Below are positions 27,601 to 43,792 of a DNA stretch of 64,000 nucleotides, one piece after another; the stretch's first letter is position 1, and each line of letters starts with the position of its first letter. The translations under genes and the position numbers were made by a program. The notes beneath the pieces are model-generated. The model made no database searches and was not told the DNA's origin. It was given only the letters and a program-made list of their open reading frames with translations. Source of the stretch: Octopus vulgaris (Eukaryota); the NCBI GenBank assembly GCA_951406725.2, contig OX597836.1, positions 2,046,001 to 2,110,000 of the forward strand, given 5' to 3'.

Positions 27601-29674
27601 TTTTTCTTCCTTTATTGTGTTTTGTAATTTCGTGGAATGTTTTACCTTCATGTCTGCTACATAGCGAAAAATCCTACTGAGAATTTTATATGTCCCTTTC
27701 TTGGCCAAACCTCTACGTTTCATTATAAGCTTTCTGCTCACTCTATTTTGGTCTTATTTTTTATCCTAATAACCTAAAATTCTCCAACAAAATATTTCAC
27801 GATGAGAACACAACATTCAGAAATTTATCATTCTATTCCCGAGAGGAATTTCAATAGCCGCTCACACATTCAGATGTAATCGCAAAATATTATATATATT
27901 TATATTCCAGAGGAGAGACCAACATGAGTTTCAGATATTCATCATATTATATTCAAATGTCGAAAAACATTTCCCAACACTCTCTAGTAATTAAGTCTTT
28001 GTACAGACCTTTATATCTGTATATTCTGTTATAGAATAGTCTGGCATATATGGATGCACAGCGTTACTTATTATTCAAGTATATTATTACAGAGTATTAA
28101 ATACTATACAGAACGCATGGGTCCCTTGCGCAATAAGCAAAAGAGAGCGATGGCGTTTTTATGGGAAATAAAATTTAAAGTATTTTTTTAGATATAATAA
28201 TTTATATATTATAAGACAGTATGTAATACTGGGCAAAAATTTTGAGCATAATACCTGTTTAGTCCGACTCTTCATTTGATTGGCACTAAAATTGGCTGAT
28301 TTCAAAACTGTGGTTATTTTGTCTTCTGTCACATCAATCTTTTTTTTTTTCTTACAATATACTCTCTGAATACGAAAAGTTATATTGTTTTCTCGTAAAC
28401 AATAAGATTGGTCAGCCGACTGTTTTCCTCATCTTAAGGATAATGAGTGAGCATTTGTCAGTCCTGACGATTTTCTATTGATCTTTGTAAAGTATGGCAG
28501 CTGAGAGAGAGTATAAAATCTCTCTCTAAAAAGTAAATCACGATTATTGACCAATCAAATATCTTTGCTGGTCTTGGATCCTTGAGAATCGAGGTCCTGT
28601 CTCAAAATGGAGGCTGCAAGCTCACCTTGTGCACTGATGCATGCTCGTACATCAATGTGGTCAAGATAAGGGAGCGACAAGTAGATGATCCGAAGGTTGC
28701 AGGTCAGAAAAAAAGACTTAGGCAGTTGAGGAGAGAGGGCACAGCTTTGAACCGAGGGGAAACACTGTTTGAAACGTGGAGCGATTCTATCCTTGGGTTT
28801 GAGGTTTTACATTCAGCCTTGTTCGTTTTCCTTATGGGTATTGGTGTTAATGAATACGTATGTATATTCAATTTGGGTTGCATATTCATATATATTTATA
28901 TGGAATTTTCGTATACTAATTGGTGACAGACCCCAGTGACCTCCCTTTATAGCTGATTACTATAATATTCTGCAACAAAATAATAAAATAAAAGTCTGTA
29001 TTCATATAATTAGCATACATTATGTAAGCTTTTATCTTTTCTAAGCTTGGGACATCTTATTTCGTATTCATATATATATTTTCTTTCTTTCAAATCATGT
29101 CTACCCCTTCTCTTTCACACCATAAATCCCATTTCCTATATTTGTGGCACTTTCACCATTCCAGGAGAAAGGCCAAAGACAAGCGCATTTGTGAGGCAAA
29201 AATATTTTAAATATTTTAAAATAAAAGTTAGTGATCAAGATAGGTTTTGTGTCTCTGACAAGGTGTGCAAGCAGGTCGTCATGGGTTTGTGGATGTGAAC
29301 TAAGTGTACCTGTGATAAATTGGGATTCGGTGTACCTATGATTTTGGCAAGAAGCAAAATATCATTGAACCGTTTGTCACGTTTGATTAGCGAAAACAAG
29401 AGCTTTTAACATATAATCGAGTTTTCTGGTGTATCATCATCTATACATCCATTGTCTCATTCAGCAGCAACCGAGGGAACACTCATCGCTCAGATGCTGT
29501 CTCTTGAATAATTGGATGAGAGAGAACTCGGTGACACCAGTCATGAGTATTTTGAACGTGTCAGAAAATGATGCAACGAAAAGGGCTTTCCGTAGTGTAA
29601 TACAATTTCATACACTATATTACGTCGGAGAATATAAACACGGACACACACACAAAGAACAATACACATACTTA

Positions 29675-29718
<44 letters not shown>

Positions 29719-30224
29719 TATACAACGAGAGAGAGAAAGAGATGTGTGTATGAATATGCGTTCTGCATATATTTGTAGCGTAATTTGTGAGTGAACACAG
29801 ACATATATATATATATATATATTTATATATACATAATATACGCACAACCTACGATATAAAGCGTTGTTTAACGTAAACTATCATAGCAAAATATATTTCT
29901 TAGAAAATGATAGTACTCAGAAGAAAAACACAATGATAAGCTCACACATAGAGTCAGACACACAGTCTCACATACACACACCACACGCGCACACACACCA
30001 TACCACACACGCTCCCACATACACACACCACACATCGCCACACGTATACACATACAAACACACTGCCACACACACACACACCGGCGACTGTGCACATAAA
30101 TATATGTAGGCAGTACTTTATACAAAAGCTGTCAGTTCTGTCAAAATGCGTTTGCTAGGAATTCATTTATCAAGGTAAGCTTTTATGCTATGTTGGCATC
30201 TTTTCCTGAGGATAGGAATAGCGA

Positions 30225-30470
30225 TAATGAAGATGATGAGGATGAAGACGATTGTGGTTAGGATGATGCTCATGCTGCTAGTGATGATGAAGACAATGAT
30301 GACGACGATAGTGATGATGGGAATGATGATGGTGATGAATGCGATGAGGATGGTGATGATGATGATGATGATGATGATAAGGATGATGGTGATGAGGATG
30401 ATGATTATGATGATGATAATGATGATGATTAGAAGGATGAGGATGAAGATGGAGATGATGACGATGAGGA
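30225..30470. repeat. Degenerate (GAT)n low-complexity tract
   Basis: Direct inspection. Confidence 0.9.
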
Positions 30471-30934
30471 TTGTGTTGTTATTTCCCACACCGTTCTGAA
30501 GTTAGATAATAATAGCATTAATTCCTTATTAGCAGATGGTATTTTTGTCGAGTGATTGTTAAAGACGTGAAGTTTTAGAGAGACACACAAACAAACATGC
30601 ACACACATATATGTACTTAGGTGTGTAGGTGTATACACACGCACACACACACACACCTATATACATATTGTGTGCATGTGTGTGTATGTGCATGTGCACG
30701 CATAAATATATACAAAAGTAAGAGATTGACGCAGAGACAGACACGCAGAAAAAAACGCACATCGATATAAATTTACATACAAAGACTCATACACGCATAC
30801 CACACACAAACACACGGCCATAGACACACATACAGGCACATGCTCAAATACAGACACACACACACACACACATATATATACATGTAAATACATAAAAAAT
30901 ATGCATTTATGTACATATATATGTGTTTGTATGC

Positions 30935-31150
30935 TACTACTACTATGGCAATCCCTCAAGGTCGAGGATGATGATCTTCGCGCAAATTTATTGGTGAGTC
31001 CGCAGGTGACTGATAAGACCAATTCTTGCTCGAAAAGATCGGTCACAGTGCGGACATCTAGTGCCGGAAGGGGTGGCGCACGTGGTTGTTGTTGGCGCTC
31101 CTTCTGTCGTCGTCTTTTCTCCTCTAGCTCTGCAGACCTTTTCGACTCGG
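30935..31150 (-). mobile_element. 5'-truncated RTE-type LINE insertion with C-terminal C2H2 finger, 3' UTR, (TAG)n tail and 10-bp TSD
   Basis: EEKRRRQKER, then in another frame CPHCDRSFRARIGLISHLRTHQ* (stop at 30988-30990); tail (cta)n on + strand; gtttgtatgc at 30925-30934 and 31151-31160. Confidence 0.85.
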
Positions 31151-31325
31151 GTTTGTATGCATGCGTGTGTGTCTGTGTGTACGCTTATATTTAAGCGATC
31201 GTCAACTTAAGGGCTCATTTCATTTCCTGTTTGGAGGATTATTTTGTCTCTAAGATACGTACGTTGTTTAAACGTCAATATTCAAACCTATATGTTTGCG
31301 AATTGATACTCATCCAGTTATAAAC

Positions 31326-31652
31326 TTTTCTTTTCTACTCTAGGCACAAGGCCCGAAATTTCTGGGGAGGGTGAAAGGCAAAGTAGACCGCGGCGGAATT
31401 TGAACTCAGAAAGTAAAGACTGACGAAATACCTATTTCTTTACTACCCACAAGGGGCTAAACACAGAGGGGACAAACAAGGACAGACAAACGGATCAATT
31501 CGACCCCAGGAACTGGTAGTTATTTAATCGACTCTGAAAGGATGAAAGGCAAAGTCGACCTCAGCGGAATTTGAACTCAGAACGTAGCAGCAGACGAAAT
31601 ACCGCTAAGCATTTCGCCCGGCGTGCTAACGCTTCTGCCAGCTCGCCGCCTT
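31326..31652 (-). mobile_element. SINE family A, dimeric form
   Basis: Full head and core, then a second partial core with a different tail (cttgtgcctagagtagaaaag). Confidence 0.9.
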
Positions 31653-33644
31653 ATTCACTTAGTTATAATGTTTTGTGGTAATATTTCACCTCCCAAAGAT
31701 TTCAACTTTGCATTTTATTAGTTGAATATAATACAGATCCAGTGGAGTGGGATTAAAAATGTGATGGTGCGTCGAACAAAATCTTCTGTATAAACCAAGT
31801 ATGTCCTCTTTAAGCTTTAAAGTAAGCTTTAAACACTATGTTGAACTTTACGTCAAGTAGGGTTCGTGAAATGAATGTTTAGAAAGTAGGTGGAACCAAA
31901 AAGAATACTAATAATCTAATGAAAGATAGATATTAATCTAACACACAAGTTACGAAAGAGCCTAAACAGGCAGATTTATAAAAGATGCCCTGTGGCTCCA
32001 ACCAATCTTTGAGGCTCTGTTTATGCGTTGATTTTTAAAGGATGTCGCTGGACGGTGAGCAAACGAGAAAAGACACACGGGAAGAAAGATATGTGGTGAT
32101 TCTCAATTTCGCACAGTTCCGTTTCCCAGTTTCAAAATAGATATAAAGCATAAAAAGAGTCTGAAAGACAGCTTGGAGAATCCTGGAGTGTTCCGTAAAT
32201 CTGCCTCTTTCAAGGATGGTAAAAATCATGAAAGTACTAGCAGCAGCTCTTTCGTAATTTGTTTATTAAATTGTATGTGAATATACATTTAAGAGTGTTT
32301 GCATACCTGACTGTTTATGTTTCTCTTACAGTAGAGTCCCTATAGATATCAGAGGATGGTCAGATGACATCATTTGAATTTTAACTTAATCTTTTGTAGT
32401 TGGTCATTCAATTACTGGGACCAAAACAGCGAAATTCAAAATGCCTATGGCTCGACAAAGATCTTTGAACATTGGATTGTTTGAAAGATTAGCGTTTCTT
32501 GGTAATTCATTCTGTATCTACGTAGGTGGAAATCTTGATGAAAATGAAAGTGATAAGACTTAAAATTCAATTTTTATACCACAATCAGAGATTATTGTTC
32601 TGGTCCTGAAAAACTATAATCTATATCATATCGCAATTCATTTTATACAATAATTTTTTTTTTTATATTGAGCATTCCGTTGAATTTATCAAAACAAATT
32701 GTTTTCTATGGGATACTATATATAGTTTTTATTTCATGCTAGATTTATAAGAAATGGCAGTAAAATCGATAAGAAGTTACTGGTTTTTAGCAGTGTATTT
32801 CTATATATGCATTCAAGAAGAACATTGAACGGCGTCATCAACTAAGAGGCAAACACCACATTCTTGGGAAAAACAAATATACACGAAATAGCCATCAAAT
32901 GTAACTCACTTCACATTGCTGTTATAATATGGAAGAGAAAGACTGCTAACGTAGTTTGAGGTTCGTTACATCTGAAAGAGGGAATGAAGATCAGATTGAA
33001 GCGAATTTTCACATTAATGGCTTCGATGACGGCTGACACTGGGTTAAACAGATCAATCAGTCAATAACGACGTCAGCAATTGTCAATGTACGAAGTGAAA
33101 ACCATTTCAACAGAGTCAATTATTTTATAGACCAGACCTCCTCATGAAAGTTTTCCATATAAATAAAACCAGACATAAAAATAAAATTCTCCATTATCAG
33201 ACGGCGAAAAAGAACATTCTCTGAAAAGTTATTGCAAAATTGATGGCGTTATAGCATTCCGTTGTTGAAAGTGAATTTATTTACATTTCCAACTCGATTT
33301 ACCTTCCAGATAGATATAAGATATCAAATATTATGTGTAATATATACAGTTTCGATTTTGTGGTTTAATAGATTACTTTGAATATTTGAGGTATTTTGTG
33401 TCAGTTTTAGTGCGAGGCAGTCTGTGCAGGGCTTCCCGTGGGACGTCGATTGTATTGTGAGTGAATTTCTTAAAGAGAAACCGTACGGAAGACTGCTGTG
33501 GATGAGTTAGTGAGCATGTGTCTACGTGTGTGTGTGTTTGCGATTGCGCAAGCATACTTGAGTGTATGCATTTGTTGCAGTCCGTCTGGGAATAAATGTC
33601 AGTTTAGAAAATTACTATTTTAAATCCTAACAACATTCCTCTCA

Positions 33645-33677
33645 GTGCAAGCTTCTTACCACACAACCACTCCTGCG

Positions 33678-33730
<53 letters not shown>

Positions 33731-33790
33731 AGTGTTGCTCCAGTACGGCTGCAGTCAAATGACTGAAACTAGTAAAATAAGAAAAGACCA
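33645..33790. mobile_element. SINE family C fragments around (TA)n
   Basis: aagcttcttaccacacaaccactcctgcgcc is the head on the - strand; gctccagtacggctgcagtcaaatgactgaaac is the tail on the + strand. Confidence 0.6.
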
Positions 33791-34775
33791 TATATTCACC
33801 AATCTGACTAGTTTCGTCACCAAGAAACTAAGTTTCATCTTTTGATCTCAAAAATTACAGAGCCCTTAATTTATCGTTCATAGAGATGGGACACATCTGA
33901 TTTCAAAGCCCCAATTCAAAAGCAGAAAGAATTAAAATATAACGAGCAGCATGTTAGATGAAATGCCTTTGGTTCTTTCGTCCCTGGCCATTTATTTGGC
34001 GCTCGTTAATCGCCTGACGATCACATTATGTTTCCGCTTAACGCACGAGAATGAAGAACGCACCTTGTCTTTATTGGCAGATATTTCGTTTTATATTTAT
34101 AAAAGATCGGGAAAGAAGCTCCTCGTGTTGTTTGCCGCTGCTCATATTTACTGTTCATGTTGTTAAGCCTAACATCCATCCTCACAAACTAAATCTATCA
34201 TTAATTTATTTTGTTCCAGCAAAGCCAATCCAATACACATTTTGCTATTTGTTTTACAGGCACATAGCAAACGTGCCCTTCCTTTCCATTATTTATATCG
34301 GTGGAATGTGGTTTGAGAAGAATTTCGTTATGTCTACGTACCACGAAAACCATCTGGTTATTGGCATATTTCATTGGCTCAGCAGCAATCCGCCGGTTAA
34401 TTAGTTAAAACGTATAACTTACTGTAAAATGCTTTTCATACTTACTACTTAACAGACGCTTAATTGCTAAATTTCTATACCACTTAGCGAATTTAAACGC
34501 CAGACACGCGTATATTGTGACTGCTGTCAAAGACTTTCAAACTTTACTAAACGCTGTCAAATTTTTCTGGCAATTAATTATATGAAATAAACTTCTCGCT
34601 GATATGCCTTAGCGAAAATGTACAACGTAAACTGAGACAAACTCTTTCTAATTTACATGTGAACGTATTCGCATAAACATGTAAATAGATGTGTGCGCGC
34701 ACACACACATACTACACACACATAGTACACACACACACACACACACACACGCTAATATATATTATGATACATATA

Positions 34776-35004
34776 CAGTGCTGGCCAAAAGTCACCTGAC
34801 AGTAAATCAAAACCATTTAAGATTTATTTAGGTTTAACAACTGAATGACTTAAAAAGAAAAGCATCGAAATATGAAACATCAGGAAAATAGTTCCAACTG
34901 GAGTCTCTCTTGAGCGACACATTTTTCCATCCGAGTCAATATAGAATTACAGATGGTATTAAAGGACTTTTGATTTACTGTCGGATTACTTTTGGCCAAC
35001 CTTT
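34776..35004. mobile_element. Tc1/mariner-type MITE, ~230 bp
   Basis: TIRs cagtgctggccaaaagtcacctgacagtaaatcaaaa and ttttgatttactgtcggattacttttggccaacc; TA-rich flanks. Confidence 0.8.
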
Positions 35005-35189
35005 ATAATATGATATACACACATACACATATAGCCGAAGATTGCTAGATGATAGACATACCAAAATATAGATAGTTTGTTAGATAATGGTGAACAGAGA
35101 CTGATGTCACCTAGAGATTCTTAAAGACTATATACAATATATTTTCCTTCATGCAATGCATTACATTCTGACTTCCCTCGGATCTATGT

Positions 35190-35291
<102 letters not shown>

Positions 35292-38163
35292 GCCTGTCAG
35301 TCTGTCTATCTGTCTGTCTATCTATCTATCTATCTATATATATATATATACGTATATATATACACACACACACATATATATTTATATATATATATATCGA
35401 GAGAGAGATAAATATACTTATGTATATATGTATATATATATATATGTATGTATATATATATATATATAGAGAGAGAGATAAATATATCTATATATATATA
35501 AATATATATATGTATATAGATAAATGTACATAGATATAGATATATATGTATACACACACACACACACGTATATATATATATATATATATATATAAACACA
35601 CATAGACGCATGCATACAGGCATATATACGGTCATGCATACATTTATACACACACATACACACATACACACACACATATATATATTGCACATAACTTCAT
35701 ATAGGAATATAGCTCACATATGTGTTTGTGTGTGTGCTTGTGTATTTTACATATTCGCATATGTGTCCGAGTCTACATGCTCGTGTTAGTATGCTTATGT
35801 TGTTTGGTGTAATGTGTATCGAAATAAACGTAATACTTGAAATACAAAGATATTATCTCTACTACAATGTTTTAAAATTTCTTCTCACGACACGAGCCAT
35901 TATGTCTTCAGCCAATGGCTTTGAGCAAAATGAAATCTATTAAAATGGCGTTTATTATGAAACGTTACAGGAGATACTAAATCACGCATATGAGTTGTGT
36001 TTATTGCAATCTGGATAATCCCATGTTTATCAGAAATATCAGACCTAATTACCATAATGTACGACTGAATACAGGTGTACTGTGTGGTAAGAAGTTTACT
36101 TCGCAAACACCTGGTATCGGGATCATAATCACAGCGCGCCCTCCCGTGTACATCCCGTCAATTTCCACAGTTTGGGAGAAATTATGCAATCTTTTTGAGA
36201 CAGTACCCTTTCATAATCAGAGATTTGACTGCTTCTTTTAGCAGTGCGATCGCTTTTAGAAGCTCCAAGTTGAAGTCCTTCATTGAATAAGATAATAATC
36301 AATGGAATACCAGCCGTGACCATCACGTAGTACCCTTTAGAAACTTTGCATATTTGGGTCTTCATCAAGCTATATTTCCCTTACTCTTGTCAAATAATCA
36401 AGGAGAGATAATGTTCCTTATTCTAACAAATTAAACAAGCAAAGGGTTGCTATCTTTGCTATCTTTAGCTTAGCTGCGTAGTTAATTGTTATTCATTTTT
36501 AGCCCCGAGTTAAACTTGAGCGCAGAGATATGCGATCGAAAGCATTCCACCGCTGACAATTCCGTCTGTTTTCTTCATAACGAATGTCTGACTGTATTAT
36601 GTCATGTGATTTTATGCCATCAAGATATACAATGAGAGAGAAAGGCGGTGGAGAGATATCTCTACATTTCTACAAAGCTAAATAATCAGACAACTTAGAT
36701 AGATGCCCCGTCGATCGGTTGGGACTTATTCCATACATTTGCGTCGATCGACTGTCTCCTATTTCCTACATTTGTGTCAAATCTTCAAGAAAACTGTGTT
36801 ACATTCTTACATTTGTGAAATATTTGTTTAAAGATTACTACAAACATTCTCTCACTCTCTCTCTCACTCACTCACTCTCCCTCTTTCTCCAACATTATCA
36901 CACGCGACTGTCCCATTAACGATCGAAACGCATATAATCTGTGGTTTGACTTAATGCCAGAATGTTTAGTAAAAATACAGAGGACATATAACTTAGCTCT
37001 AACAGAACAGTCCTTGCGCATGGTTAACTTTGCGAACGACCATATTATGTAATTTTGATGAATTACAGAGACTGTCTAGACAGAAATTGCTGAACGGAAT
37101 CCAGCTAATGCTGGTTTTAGCATTTCGCAATGAGCTAAAAGGCCAGTTGCTTTTGCCTTTGCTTGCGTCTGCGTCTTATATCGATTGTGTCAAGAGAGAC
37201 TGGACGTATGAGTAATGACCGACATTAAGCGAAATTACACGAAGCTGCCTTTATAGAAATATCCTGTATCAAGTGATATTGGTGACTTGCTTATGCGTCT
37301 TACTTGATTAAGACTTTCGAGGAGTTTCTAATATATTTTGACGGCTGGAATCCTACCAACTTGAAGACAATTTATTTGTAATTGTTATTTTGTTGTCAGT
37401 GGTGTGAAAGCGTCGAACAAATTGCATTGTCGTATAATGTTACGGCCTTTTTCCGTTCTGAGTTCAAATACTGCCGAGATCATTTCTGCCTCTAGAACGT
37501 TTAACGATCGGTAAAATAATGAAATGAAGTAACAATCATGAACTGGCATCGATATATAATTGATGCCCAAATTTGAAATGCTGGTTTTTGTAAAAGATCC
37601 TTATTCATCCGCATCTCTACATTGACACAAGTACCTTATAATTAAATATTTCTAATTGCGATGATATTGTCTCTGATTTGTGCATATTAGGAAGAAAATT
37701 ATTCGGATGTGGCTACTTCCTGTACTCTTTTTTTATTATCCTACAACAATTTCTAATTGTGTGTGTGTGTGAATTGCATAAAATTGAAAGACTTCATTTA
37801 CTATTTGTACTGTTAATTATGATCCCTACCCAACACAGTTCGAGCACACACGTGGTCAATATATTCCGGCTACGAACAATCCGTTGTTAAACATATTTGA
37901 AGAATTTTCCATTGTTCTCTTAGAATACATGGTGACGTTTGTTAGATATTTCGCTAAAAATTCTTACAGGTTCTCCAAATACGTGGGTATTTCAAAATCT
38001 GACGGCCGTTTCGTTTAGAGTATTGTTAGGAGTAATTATTCTATTTTTTAAATCTATATTGAAAGAGCTTATGAATTGATGTTCTCTATGCGTTATTTCA
38101 CAGACCGGCATTTACTTTACGTATGAATTTATGTTGTAGAATTGCGAATATTAAAAGATGGAA

Positions 38164-38510
38164 GGCGGCGAGCTGGCAGAACTGTTAGCAGGTCGGGCGA
38201 AATGCTTTGCAGTATTCCGTCTGCCGTTACGTTCTGTGTTCAAATTCCGCCGAGGTCGACTTTGCCTTTCATCCTTTCGGAGTCGATAAATTAAGTACCA
38301 GTTTGTTTGTCCTCTGTGTGTTTAGCCTCTTGTGGGTAGTAAAGAAATAGGTATTTCTCCCGAATTTACATTCTGATTTCAAATTCCGCTGCGGTCGATT
38401 GTACCTTTCATAGGCTTGGGGTCCATAAAATAAGTACCAGCTGTACAGTCAGGTTAATTTTACCAACTAGCTCCTTCACCTGACTTCCAGGGCTTATGCC
38501 TATATTAGAG
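38164..38510 (+). mobile_element. SINE family A, dimeric form
   Basis: ggcggcgagctggcagaactgttagc...gaggtcgactttgcctttcatcctttcggagtcgataaattaagtaccag...aaagaaataggtatttc, then a second core. Confidence 0.9.
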
Positions 38511-39057
38511 AGGAGTACTGATAAACTGTAGCTTGAACGCTTTAGTGTATTTCTGAATAAGGCAACAGAACGACATTACGTATAAATACTTTCAGACACA
38601 TTCTATTAATTATAGCGTAATAGGAAAACAAAGAGGGGGGGGCATGGCAATTTCACGAACTGTTAGATTGGAATAAAGGATGAAATGAAGCAGCTAATGG
38701 CCAAATTCAAACTCTGTAACGAAATGGCTATGGGGAAAACTGATCGCACGTAAGGACCTGTAATCTAGTAAGCAGAATTAAAGTGTTACGACAGAAATAA
38801 TATCGGCTGCACATGGATCAGAACTTGCGCATTTATACACAAAGGGGAAACGCGGAATACTAAAAAAAATCAGAAACTGTAGATAAAAAGAAACTTGATA
38901 TAAAGGCTGCAATGTCACCTGTTCTTAGTCATGTACAAGATATAAAAGCGAACGGGTGTGTACAAAAGATGCCATGGTATACATACTGTAAGTGTGTGTA
39001 TGCATGTGTGTATCTGCGTGTGTGTGAGTGTGTGAATGTATGTTTGTATGTGTGTTT

Positions 39058-39106
<49 letters not shown>

Positions 39107-39401
39107 TTTGTACGTACGAGTGTTAACATTTTACACAAACATATAGTGACAAATATTAATGTCAAGTCTTTGAGAATTCTGTTTTGTTATCTGATTTCAA
39201 CAAGGTTATTGCCAAAAATAGCATAAGTATTAATACAGGCAGATAAACATGTAAACGCATATATGAATGCACATACACACACATGCAGACACACACATAA
39301 ATGCTCGGAGTCGTGCATATACGTTTTCACTTATATATAGAAGTTAACAGAAAGAAGTATGATTGTATACACAGATATTTATGTGAACAAATAATTTCAA
39401 A

Positions 39402-39441
<40 letters not shown>

Positions 39442-39485
39442 TAATCATATATGCATATATATAGATCGTTTTAAAGATATAAATA

Positions 39486-39535
<50 letters not shown>

Positions 39536-40124
39536 CATATATATATATACATGTATATGTATACATACAGTCAGAAATAGTAATTATATAGATACTATAA
39601 CATTATTTATGTAGGCACACACACACACACACATATATAAAGAGTTGCGTGAGACAGAGTTGCATAATCTGTTAAAAACACTCGTAGACGCCCAGTTTCA
39701 TGTATATTTACATGTCTTCGCAACTATTTCTATTTTTGTAAAGTATTACGAAAGGGGTCAAATAACGGTTTAAAAATAATATAACAGATAACAGTCATTG
39801 CAATATCATATTTGAAAAAGATTATGATTGTATTCTACGCATTTTGGCAAGCATATTATTCCGTGGCACTCGCCCCGGATTCATATGGCATTTGGGCGGT
39901 CCGAGTAAGGTTTTCTTTAAACTGGTTATATTTTTACAACACAAAATATTTTAACTCTTTTCTCATTTACTTGAATTTACTTACAATATATAATTCGAAA
40001 ATATAACAGAATCCTTCCAAGTTAAATAGGAATTAAAAGGGTCCAGGGTAAAATATTTGGGAACCACTGATTTCATTTCTAGGGATTTACACCGCAAGAA
40101 AACATAAAAAAAAAACGCCTTTAA

Positions 40125-40700
<576 letters not shown>

Positions 40701-41189
40701 CCAATAAAATATGAATAAATTTTTCAAAGTTCTCCAAAATTCAAACTGAAGCAGTATGGCATGAGAAAGCGTAAAGAGAAACTGCGTACGGTTGAAATGG
40801 TAAGTAATTTTGGAACAGAATATTTTCAGGATAGTCTAAGAAGCGAAAGAACAAACCTAGAAGAAGATGGTACACCTGAAAGTCAGAGAAATATTTTACC
40901 GTGATACTTAGTACAAGTGTAAATCGTTCCATAGATCAATTTTCCGCATTGAAATTAAATAAATATGATTAATATGTTCCAGACACGTGAAACCACTAAA
41001 AAGTAATTTTATGGGTTTTAAAACAGAAAAAGTTGTGGTTAAAAGCCAAATGACAATTATAAAAATGAAAATGCAAAACTATTGAAAAGGTTGTAAGACG
41101 CAACGAAAAGTTTAAGAAAATAAAAACAGAAACCAGTGGAAATTTTTTTGTGGAAATAAACTGGTTTTATTAACTGAATTGCCTTAAAG

Positions 41190-41315
41190 ATGGGACCATT
41201 TCTGTGCTCGTACTCCGGATTTCTGCTCGTACTTGAAGACAAAAATTCGCACTAGTCTCGGCTCGTACAACAAATTACTCGTACAATGGGGCACTCGTAC
41301 TGCGAGGTTCTACTG
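41190..41315. mobile_element. Solo end of a pogo/Tigger-like DNA transposon
   Basis: Terminal gaggttctactg followed by TA; subterminal ctcgtac repeated five times. Confidence 0.55.
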
Positions 41316-41514
41316 TATTTTTTCGTTTTGAGTATGTGTTCGTGGATTCAGTGTCGCTTCGAGCGAATATATTTCATTTAATATCCAGTTACCGTTATAA
41401 TAAACAGAAAACACAGAACTTCGAAAGTGTTCTAAGAAAAAGAATTATGCTTTAATATTCCTTGCTATTTAGCCACCGGTGTAATGTGCATTAAGATCAA
41501 TGCACCCCCCACCC

Positions 41515-41556
<42 letters not shown>

Positions 41557-41670
41557 TTCATATATACAAGTTCTTATATATATATATACACATATATATG
41601 TATGCATATACATCTGTATGTATATATATATATATATTTGTGTGTATATACACATATATGTGTGTTTATT

Positions 41671-41715
<45 letters not shown>

Positions 41716-42062
41716 ATGAGAATGGATTATGCATTCCCCTACATTAGCTGAATATCTCATTTATCTTCTTAGCTTGATGTCCTCCAATAAACATTAAAGA
41801 TGGACTGAGTGAACGGTTGAAACGTAATAAGTGAAATAAAGAAAACACATATTTGGATATGGGAAAAGGAAATGGCGTGTACTCTTTTATGGGAGGCCGT
41901 CCCGTGCGAGTACGCTGTGGAAATTGATGTGTGTTAATGCTGTGTTGAAATGTGGAATCTGAAGTACACACACGCACATACCTATGCACAATTGCACACT
42001 CTTACACTCATACATATATGTATGTAGATATATATACCAATATATATACGTATGCATACATG

Positions 42063-42106
<44 letters not shown>

Positions 42107-42165
42107 TACATACATGCACATATAAACACACATATATACATCTATGTACACACACACATACACAT

Positions 42166-42199
<34 letters not shown>

Positions 42200-43016
42200 T
42201 TATATATATACATGTACATATGCATATTTGTATATACACATAAATGCATACATACACTCTCATATGGTCACGCAATCGTAAGAAGATCTATATGTGTGTA
42301 CGATCCTGTATGCATTTAATTCTTAGAACCAGCAACAACTTTGACTTGGCACAGTCTTACAGGCACTTCTCCAATATATATCACGCCCAGTACACCCGGA
42401 GAAAGCGAGCGAGAGAGGTAGAGATAGAAAAATAGATAGATAAGAGAGAGAGAGAGAGAAAGAGAAGAAGAGGAAAAAAGAGTGCAGGAGGGAGAGAATG
42501 AAAGGGAGAAAGAGAGAGAGAGATACATGCAGACTGAAGACGGACAAAGACAAAGATATGCAGCACAGTTGAAGACATCATTGTTTCGGAATATAAATTT
42601 CTCAGCCAAACAATTTCTTTTGATCTACAAAGGGTTCCTTAAATATGTAAAAACAAGATCCTGTTTAAACGTTTTACCGATATATCACCCAGTTATTTGA
42701 AAACCTTGATGTTGGGAACTGAAGATTTCTAAATACTGCTGTTACCCCTGGATAGCCTCTGCGTCATTTATCGATAAATTTCTCTACACCATTTTTCAGA
42801 GTTACCTTGGTTCTCAAGATTATTCCAGCCTGCGAACGCTTTCGCACAATTCGAAAACAAAAACACTGAAAGAAAACACAGGCAAAACAAAAAAAATGTC
42901 AGTACAGTAGATAGTTTTTGCTGTGCTTTCGCTAAATTTAGACAGGGCTTGATTGTGTGACAATGCGTGACCCATCTTAAGGTTCAGTAATTCAATAATT
43001 ATGTTTGAGAAATTCG

Positions 43017-43074
<58 letters not shown>

Positions 43075-43792
43075 AGAAAAACAATGAATGGAAGAAGAGA
43101 ACCATTATCAAGTTTGAAATTATAATTTCTTTCGAAGAATTTATCAAAGCAGGCAAATTACTTATAATTTCACTCATCATCCGGTGTGTCCCTCTGGTGG
43201 ATTTGCTGCAGCAACTACCAGAGAATTTTGTGTTTGCTAGAAATATTTCTTATCTGGATTTTCGGGAACAGAGTTTCAAATATTTTGCGTGTTTGAAAGG
43301 CGTATATCACTTCATTTAACGTTCACCTGTTATCATTTACTTGTTAATGTTGGAGGCCTCTTGGACCGTTAAGAATGGCACCATTGAAAAAACCAAACTC
43401 AGTTTCAAGTTTAGTGTTTGAACGGATTGTTGTTATTTATGGGATTTCCTGTTTCTGCCTCTCCGTTCACTTCTGCGTCTTCCGTGCAATTGCCTTCTGC
43501 ATGTTTGCATGTATTAAATGTTTTTTTTCGCCATGATGTCAGATCAATAACTTCCTAAACTTTCACTTGAATATTTCCTTTGTCAGATGAAATTTAAACA
43601 TTGAGTTTAGTTTCTACTCTCTACTCGAATATATTTAATAAATGTCAGCATTTCACAACCATATAACAACACAAACAGCATGCATATTTTGAAAACAAAC
43701 ACTCATATATGTTTTCTTATTTTCGTTCAGAGCATATAGAAGCTAGGCTCCACAGATGTCAGAATAATCTTTCAATAACATCCTGAAAATTT

